IMG/VR virus record: IMGVR_UViG_3300010965_000001
Span: 64,001 to 128,000 of that record
Direction: 5' to 3' (one strand)
DNA length: 64,000 nucleotides
DNA from: a virus
Lineage: Duplodnaviria; Caudoviricetes
Part shown: one piece after another, positions 58,214-64,000 of the stretch
How the letters are laid out: each line of letters starts with the position of its first letter
Numbering within the stretch: the stretch's first letter is position 1
Translations under genes and position numbers: made by a program
Notes under the pieces: generated by a model
The model's database searches: none
What the model was told of the DNA's origin: nothing
The model's input: the letters and a program-made list of their open reading frames with translations, nothing else

Positions 58214-58786
58214 TTATTGTTGAAATATTTTTGGAAATTTATATCCAAATGCTTTCACGAGTTGACCTGCTACTGCGTTTGCTTCATCTTCTATCTCGCC
58301 GCCAATATCTTGAACTGGTCCTTTTATCTTGTCATTGTCAAGTTGTTGTTTATGAACTAACTCATGTGCAAGACTACGTGCGATGTCGGCGGTATTTCTA
58401 TTTGAACCATACACAACACAATGTGAAGTAGATGGGTCAAATGCCGCCATTGTCTTGAGAGCATAGGAACCTCTATCATTTGTGACTGTGACCCTAACAG
58501 GAGTTGTTATTCCTAAATTCTTTAACGCATACTCTGTGAACTTACGGAGCATACTGAACTTAGTCTTTGCAACATCACCATCATCAGTCTCTAAAAGATA
58601 AGAACATTTACCCTTAACTTCACCAATTGCTGCAGCGGGAGCATCTCCAAGTGATGCATTAACGTGCGCTTCAGCCGACCCGCCTTGAACAAATGGCATG
58701 CGATACCCACTGTTATGTTTCCTAACAATGGGTGGGTGCATGTGTTTCTTTTTCTTTACTTCAGTCAACAATGTCTTTAGTTTCAT
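58214..58786 (-). CDS. zincin-like metallopeptidase-domain protein
   Basis: RSLAHELVHKQQ (HEXXH) and downstream EDEANA.AG; MKLKTLLTE N-terminus. Confidence 0.7.
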   Translation of the reverse strand: MKLKTLLTEVKKKKHMHPPIVRKHNSGYRMPFVQGGSAEAHVNASLGDAPAAAIGEVKGKCSYLLETDDGDVAKTKFSMLRKFTEYALKNLGITTPVRVTVTNDRGSYALKTMAAFDPSTSHCVVYGSNRNTADIARSLAHELVHKQQLDNDKIKGPVQDIGGEIEDEANAVAGQLVKAFGYKFPKIFQQ

Positions 58787-59100
58787 TATGGTTCCTTTGG
58801 TGCTTCCGCAGGAGGAAGCTGATTCGTTGTATCATTGATTGGTTCTTTTCCTTTTTGCCATACCTTGCCAGCAAAACTGATACCATTTGCAAGTGCATAT
58901 AAGAACAATGTTCCTTGTGCTATGTCAGGCATTATACCATCCTTAAGCGTAACATAGATGAACATCGACCATACAGAAATATTCGACATAACAACTGTAG
59001 TCACAAAAGAAAATCTTGTTGCCGACCAGGAGGTGGCATCTGACACTTCTTGTAACATCGATGACATTTTATTGAATAACGTTTGAATCCACCGTTGCAT
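58786..59100 (-). CDS. putative holin (two TM segments)
   Basis: GGGGAG RBS and ATG at 59100; S.TRF + TM1, TM2 ending GKVWQK, charged tail. Confidence 0.55.
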   Translation of the reverse strand: MQRWIQTLFNKMSSMLQEVSDATSWSATRFSFVTTVVMSNISVWSMFIYVTLKDGIMPDIAQGTLFLYALANGISFAGKVWQKGKEPINDTTNQLPPAEAPKEP

Positions 59101-59644
59101 GATACTTCTCCCCGAAGGACTTCTCAAAATCTTCATACATCTGTTTGAGAACATTGTCCATTCGTTCTTTGTAGTGATTCACATCACCCTGTCCTAACTT
59201 CCACGTTTCATACTGTATTGATGCAAGTTGCTCATTTACGACATCAACATTGGTTGTGCCTTCTTCAAGTCGAATTTTTTCTTCTTTGACCTGTTGTTCA
59301 CAATCTCTGATAAACGAACGAATATTTTCTTTCACTTTATTCTTTTCATATTCTTCGTACTTACCAGCAATACGTAATTGAGTTTCCATTTCAATGACAC
59401 AATCGAAACACATATTATGTAACCAATACATCTTATTGTCTAACTTTTTATTCATTACATGCTTACATTTTGGACACCATAAGGGCATTCGTGCAAATTC
59501 CATGAATGATTCTTTCGGTGCTTCTTTTGCTTTCGGACCATCCAACTCAGGAGTCCAACCAAATTGTAATGTGTTTGTATACTTTGTCAAAAATCCATCG
59601 ATTTTCGCTTTAACTCTATCTTGTTCTGTACCTTTACCAGCCAT
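59069..59644 (-). CDS. Zn-finger hypothetical protein
   Basis: CPKC...CFDC; GAGG RBS before the ATG at 59644. Confidence 0.7.
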   Translation of the reverse strand: MAGKGTEQDRVKAKIDGFLTKYTNTLQFGWTPELDGPKAKEAPKESFMEFARMPLWCPKCKHVMNKKLDNKMYWLHNMCFDCVIEMETQLRIAGKYEEYEKNKVKENIRSFIRDCEQQVKEEKIRLEEGTTNVDVVNEQLASIQYETWKLGQGDVNHYKERMDNVLKQMYEDFEKSFGEKYHATVDSNVIQ

Positions 59645-59660
59645 GTATAACCTCTTCTTT

Positions 59661-62402
59661 TTAGTTTGTATCGTATTGTGCAAGTTCTTGTGGAATTGCA
59701 AATGGTGTTGTTTTCACCGTCTTCACATATTCTTTAAAAATTGCGTCTCTTAATTTTGGAAATTTAAATTGTGGACTCATCATCTTTGTAAACATCGTTT
59801 CAAATGTGCTGACATCTGCATAAGAAATCGGGTCTTTGAATAAATAACGTAACATCTTCTCAGGGTCCGTTTCGATTGTCTTAACATCCAATTTAACACG
59901 TTTACCCTTTGCGTCCATTGTATAAGTTACCAATTGTAATCCATTTTTGAAATCCAATTGATACTTCTGCTTAATTGCAGGGTCTTTTGTATTCATGTTA
60001 ATAACTGCAAAGGCTGATGTTAATAAGTAGTTACGATGTGCTGCTTTCAGCCCTGCTCTTGTACCTTGTGCACCACTCATTACCTTTTCCATCCAAGGGA
60101 CGTTACCAATCATAAAGTCAATCTGAATTGATTCTCCCATGAACTTGTTATGGTCATCTACTACAGGTGCCTTAAATGATATTTGAATCAATCCAGTATT
60201 AATAACCCACACAATGGATGGGTCACTACTTTCCGTAGGTGTCCTGCGTTTGTATTCTTTCAATCCTAACTTATTCATATACTTTCTAAGTGCATCGAAG
60301 AATGTATCCTTGTCAAATGGTTCTTTAAGCCCGATATACTTTGCCATTGCATTAATATCAACTGCAATATCAACGTCATTCATTTCAGGTTTCAAATAAT
60401 TTCCGATGTGTCTGTATTGTAACCCATGCATCTTAATTGAATCGATACAATTTTGAATAGTAGCATCTCTGTATTGGACAGGCATGTTAGGAAGAGGTCC
60501 AAATGATGTACCACCTTCAGTCAATCGTTTCTTTTGAATCTGCTCCATGAGGTTTTTTAATTTCATGTTCTTCCTTTCAGCAATTTGTTTTTTAATATAC
60601 TTGTCCGCCACAGATTCTGGACTTTCGTTCTTTAATAGTTCCAATGCCTTTCCAAGTTTTGTAGATACTAATTGAAAATATTTAATTGTATCTTCCTTCT
60701 TCTTAGGAATCTGAATGTACTTGTCCGCATTTTGGTCAAAGTCTATTTTGATTTTCTGTAAACCATCACTCAACTGAATAAGCAAATCTCTAATTTGAGA
60801 AGGGTTCTGTTTAATCTGTTTACTGATTGAACGGTCTAACATACTAATCTGTTCCATGTAATGCCAATTCAAATTCTTTCGTTTAAGGAATTGACTCTTG
60901 TCGATAACCTTAACCATAGAACCATCGGGTGCTTTGAATACGACACCTTCAATTTCATCACCGAAGTGCGACTTGTAAGTTTGAAGTGCTTTAAGCATTT
61001 CATCCTTATTAGACATTGCGATAGTTTTCACAACATTGAGAATCTTTGTCTTTAATTCTTTTGTTTTTGGTGTTGTTCTGCTGTTAATAATCGTGTCATA
61101 CTTCTGAATGATTTTTGCCAACTTCTCAACGTGCTTAAATTTAACTGCACCAACCCCAACTTTAGGAGTTGCTGTAAACTTTGTTTCTCCCTGAGAGGAA
61201 AGATTTGCTGCGAATTTTTCGACTTGTGCACGGTCTAATCCTTTTCCATCTGCGATAACATGGATGATAATGAATACACCTTTACCAATCTTCTCTTGAC
61301 TGTATAATGTTACGTTGGAATCGTATGATGCAATTCCTTCACCCTTAACAGATACAGTGTTAACTTTATGTCCAACTGCGTTACCAACGGCACCCAATAT
61401 ATTGATATTTTGTAGTCGTTCGTGGAATAAACGGAAATCATCGAACATGAAATTTTCTGCATAATCGGTTGATTGACGTGCTTTTGTATTTCGTGATGAA
61501 GTATAGAATCCTTCTTCATCTACACCAAATTCCATATCCTTCCCATCAACCTTTTCCGTTACTTCAAATCCTTGATTATTTTCGTTCCATGCTTTTAAGA
61601 AGTTGAGTAATTCCGCGGGAGAAAGGTCTTCAAAGTGCATCAACCCTCCTCTGCGTTCTTCTTTTAATGGTTCTTCCGAAGGATTTAATTTATTTCCTAA
61701 TTCATCCACTGATACGGATTCATCATTATATTTCAAGTCCAACGATTCACGTAAATTTTTAGTCAACATATCAAACAACTTTTTAACGGTTGTTGGGTCT
61801 ACGTTTGGATAATTTGTTGCAAAGTGTTTGTAATCTTTATTTACGATGTCTTTACGTAAAATTGTCGCACTAATTGGTTGACCACTCAATCCATCGGTTC
61901 TACGTCCGTAGACGATTGGTTGTGGCACAGGAAGAAGGATTGCCGTAATACCTTGTGGAGTATGTTTTCCATCACGAGTACCAACAGTCTTATATTTACC
62001 ATTTATAGTTGTAACAAACTCATTACTTCTCTTTTGGTCATTCTCTTTATCACTTGCACCAAGAGCAATCTTCCCAACCATATCTTGTGGAAGTGCTAAC
62101 ACATGCTCATATGCCGTTTGCACAGGTGATTCATATGCAGATGCCATAACTTTGATTTTTGGATTAAGTTTCAATGTCTTCAAAACCATCAAACTTTGTT
62201 TCTGCGTAACACCTTCACGTTCTTTTGGACTTACAAATACTAAGACCTGTGAAACTTCAGGATGTGCCGCATATTGATTTGCAATATGTAAGTGACCACC
62301 ATGCGGAGGTTTATATCCGCCGGGAAGCAATACTGTAATATCTCCTTGTTGCTCAAAGAGGAATGGTGCTACCATTTTCCGTGTAAGTTGTTCTATATTC
62401 AT
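59661..62402 (-). CDS. three-domain protein: HIGH-class nucleotidyltransferase + RNA-ligase-like domain + Pol-beta-like nucleotidyltransferase
   Basis: PGGYKPPHGGH and ISAT.LR; EKVDG, KGE, EGVVFK, KVIDK; IGN....NDVDIAVD and QIDFM. Confidence 0.75.
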   Translation of the reverse strand: MNIEQLTRKMVAPFLFEQQGDITVLLPGGYKPPHGGHLHIANQYAAHPEVSQVLVFVSPKEREGVTQKQSLMVLKTLKLNPKIKVMASAYESPVQTAYEHVLALPQDMVGKIALGASDKENDQKRSNEFVTTINGKYKTVGTRDGKHTPQGITAILLPVPQPIVYGRRTDGLSGQPISATILRKDIVNKDYKHFATNYPNVDPTTVKKLFDMLTKNLRESLDLKYNDESVSVDELGNKLNPSEEPLKEERRGGLMHFEDLSPAELLNFLKAWNENNQGFEVTEKVDGKDMEFGVDEEGFYTSSRNTKARQSTDYAENFMFDDFRLFHERLQNINILGAVGNAVGHKVNTVSVKGEGIASYDSNVTLYSQEKIGKGVFIIIHVIADGKGLDRAQVEKFAANLSSQGETKFTATPKVGVGAVKFKHVEKLAKIIQKYDTIINSRTTPKTKELKTKILNVVKTIAMSNKDEMLKALQTYKSHFGDEIEGVVFKAPDGSMVKVIDKSQFLKRKNLNWHYMEQISMLDRSISKQIKQNPSQIRDLLIQLSDGLQKIKIDFDQNADKYIQIPKKKEDTIKYFQLVSTKLGKALELLKNESPESVADKYIKKQIAERKNMKLKNLMEQIQKKRLTEGGTSFGPLPNMPVQYRDATIQNCIDSIKMHGLQYRHIGNYLKPEMNDVDIAVDINAMAKYIGLKEPFDKDTFFDALRKYMNKLGLKEYKRRTPTESSDPSIVWVINTGLIQISFKAPVVDDHNKFMGESIQIDFMIGNVPWMEKVMSGAQGTRAGLKAAHRNYLLTSAFAVINMNTKDPAIKQKYQLDFKNGLQLVTYTMDAKGKRVKLDVKTIETDPEKMLRYLFKDPISYADVSTFETMFTKMMSPQFKFPKLRDAIFKEYVKTVKTTPFAIPQELAQYDTN

Positions 62403-62462
62403 ATGTATAAATATTAAGATTAATTGGATTTAATGTCGATTTTTACATTTAATACTCATTTA

Positions 62463-64000
62463 TTACCATGTCGTTAATGCTGTTCTTACCCATGCGTTAC
62501 TTCCTGTGCAGACATAAATATAATTTGCAGTATATCTTATTTCACCAAGTGTACCCGAAGATGATATACTTGCTGGTTCTGTTTGAAGTGCTGAGACACG
62601 ATACCCACTTGTTGTTGTCACTGAACCAGTTGTAATTAAACTCTGTGAAATATGAACGTTTCCATTTGGGTATGCTATCAACGATGCGCCATTGTATAGA
62701 CCAGTAGAACTTGGAATATTACCACCAATTGCAACAGTTCCATCATATTTGATTTTTACTTGAACATTAAGTCCACCGTTTGGTAATGTATTTCCAGCCG
62801 TGCCGTTTGTAAAAAATCTAAACTGTCCTTCGTCACCTTGAAAATAGAATAACCCACCTGCACCATTTGCTCTGTATTTAAACACACCACCGTTGTAATA
62901 TATATTATCCGCCATCCACACATTATTAAATGCAAATGGTTGAAATTCCAAAGACCCCATTTTAAGTGACGAATCAGATGAATTGTATGCCCCAATTACA
63001 GATTGACTTGCAATCGTTACCATACCTGTTGAATCGGCGACCAATGTTGAACCAGAAAAATTTGAGGTAGTTGAGTTAATAGTTCCACCAAGAGCAACTG
63101 TTCCATTGGCATTGATTTTAAGTTGAACTGCCAATCCATTTGTGACGGCTCCTCCAGCTGCACCTGCTGGGAAAAATCTAAACTGTCCTTCTGTTCCCTG
63201 AAAATAAAACAATCCACCCGCACCAGCTGCCCTATATCTAAATGCCCCATTGTAATATATATTTTCAGATAACCACCCATTGTTTAATGCATATGGTTGA
63301 AATTCTAACGACCCAATTTTTACGGTGGACTCAGTTGTGTTAAATGATGCAATTGATGCTGACCCATTTAGTTTAAGATACCCATTTATTGTTTCATTCC
63401 CGATGAATGTATTGGACCCAGTTGTTGCAAAGGTAGACGCATTAAGTGATGACACATGTGATGCCGTTACAGCATAGGATGCGGTTCCTTGGAGTGGACC
63501 GTTAAATGTGCCAAGTGCTGTAATGTTAGATGCGGTTATATTTCCAGTTAATGAAAGACTTCCACCATACGTTGAGTATGATACAGATGATGGTTGTGCT
63601 ATCAAGTCTCTAACTCGTGAATCTGTTAAACCAGAACCAGTAGTAGACCAAGTTATACCATTGTCAGTAGACTTTATAACTCCACCTGGATTACATGCCA
63701 AATATAATGTTCCATTAATTGATGTCATTGATGTATATGCCGTTGATAACGGCGTCGTCCCACACATACCCCACGACACACTATCAGAAGAACTATAGAT
63801 ACCTACACCATAATGTGATATATAAAGTTTTCCATTGTGAACTACCATTGCAACCGACTCTGCACTCGATGCTGTTACAAATCTATCCCATGACACACCC
63901 GCATTTGAAGTTCTGAACAATCCATAATTTGTTGACGTATATAGATATGACGCAGACTCCACGAACGAATACATTGTCGGTGCTGATGGTATTCCAGTTC
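62463..64000 (-). CDS. tail-fibre/virion structural protein, 5' end truncated by the window edge
   Basis: Frame open to 64000; BNR-like RTSNAG.SW/KSTDNG.TW repeats; GTASYA and TTGSNTF.G fibre motifs; C-terminal G.LGEIR....YIYVC...N.W.R. Confidence 0.75.
   Translation of the reverse strand, partial: TGIPSAPTMYSFVESASYLYTSTNYGLFRTSNAGVSWDRFVTASSAESVAMVVHNGKLYISHYGVGIYSSSDSVSWGMCGTTPLSTAYTSMTSINGTLYLACNPGGVIKSTDNGITWSTTGSGLTDSRVRDLIAQPSSVSYSTYGGSLSLTGNITASNITALGTFNGPLQGTASYAVTASHVSSLNASTFATTGSNTFIGNETINGYLKLNGSASIASFNTTESTVKIGSLEFQPYALNNGWLSENIYYNGAFRYRAAGAGGLFYFQGTEGQFRFFPAGAAGGAVTNGLAVQLKINANGTVALGGTINSTTSNFSGSTLVADSTGMVTIASQSVIGAYNSSDSSLKMGSLEFQPFAFNNVWMADNIYYNGGVFKYRANGAGGLFYFQGDEGQFRFFTNGTAGNTLPNGGLNVQVKIKYDGTVAIGGNIPSSTGLYNGASLIAYPNGNVHISQSLITTGSVTTTSGYRVSALQTEPASISSSGTLGEIRYTANYIYVCTGSNAWVRTALTTW
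62721..63330 (-). repeat. tandem duplication of an ~82-aa module in the fibre gene
   Basis: GSLEFQP(Y/F)A(L/F)NN...NIYYNG...GAGGLFYFQG.EGQFRFF...GTVA.GG at ~63085-63330 and ~62721-62972; also similar at DNA level. Confidence 0.85.

Noticed and set aside
152-63798. Dozens of plus-strand and nested alternative-frame ORFs of 60-153 aa (e.g. 25017-25478, 50631-51050, 56621-57058)
   Set aside because: They lie inside or antisense to well-supported genes, lack RBS or promoter context, and are explained as shadow frames.
1-64000. Stop-codon recoding, tRNA genes or group I introns
   Set aside because: Core genes are full length in code 11, intergenic gaps are short, and I saw no cloverleaf or intron-sized interruption. 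tRNAscan-SE and Infernal would be needed for certainty.

Overview
A 64-kb piece of a large, AT-rich, T4-like (contractile-tail) phage genome in the standard genetic code. Every supported gene is on the minus strand except one (GH18, 40230-42359). In transcription order (right to left) the window holds: a partial tail-fibre-like gene; a three-domain nucleotidyltransferase/ligase ORF; a probable lysis cassette; terminase, portal, prohead protease and head-associated proteins; ribosomal protein bS21; scaffold and major capsid; an inserted convergent pair of secreted proteins (a T9SS-sorted Ig-like protein and a GH18 hydrolase); neck, sheath, tube, tail chaperone (with an apparent +1/-2 frameshift), tape measure and baseplate genes. 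The replication block follows: PolA-like, SSB, RecA/UvsX, RNase H, helicase, intein-containing class II RNR, PolB, clamp and clamp loaders. The window ends with candidate DNA-modification and glycosylation genes (DUF4338-like, Mom-like, split GT-B). Four free-standing endonucleases each sit directly behind a core structural gene. Two promoter classes are visible: TTGACT-N17-TATATT and a recurrent ATATTTATA element. The T9SS sorting domain and bS21 point to an FCB-group host (Ignavibacteria/Bacteroidota-like; inference). The strongest leads are the phage-domesticated T9SS cargo plus GH18 cassette, the NTase-ligase-NTase polyprotein with an internal start, and the unannotated frameshift product ahead of the tape measure gene. 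All family assignments come from recognising motifs by eye; no database search was run. I found no tRNA or CRISPR array.
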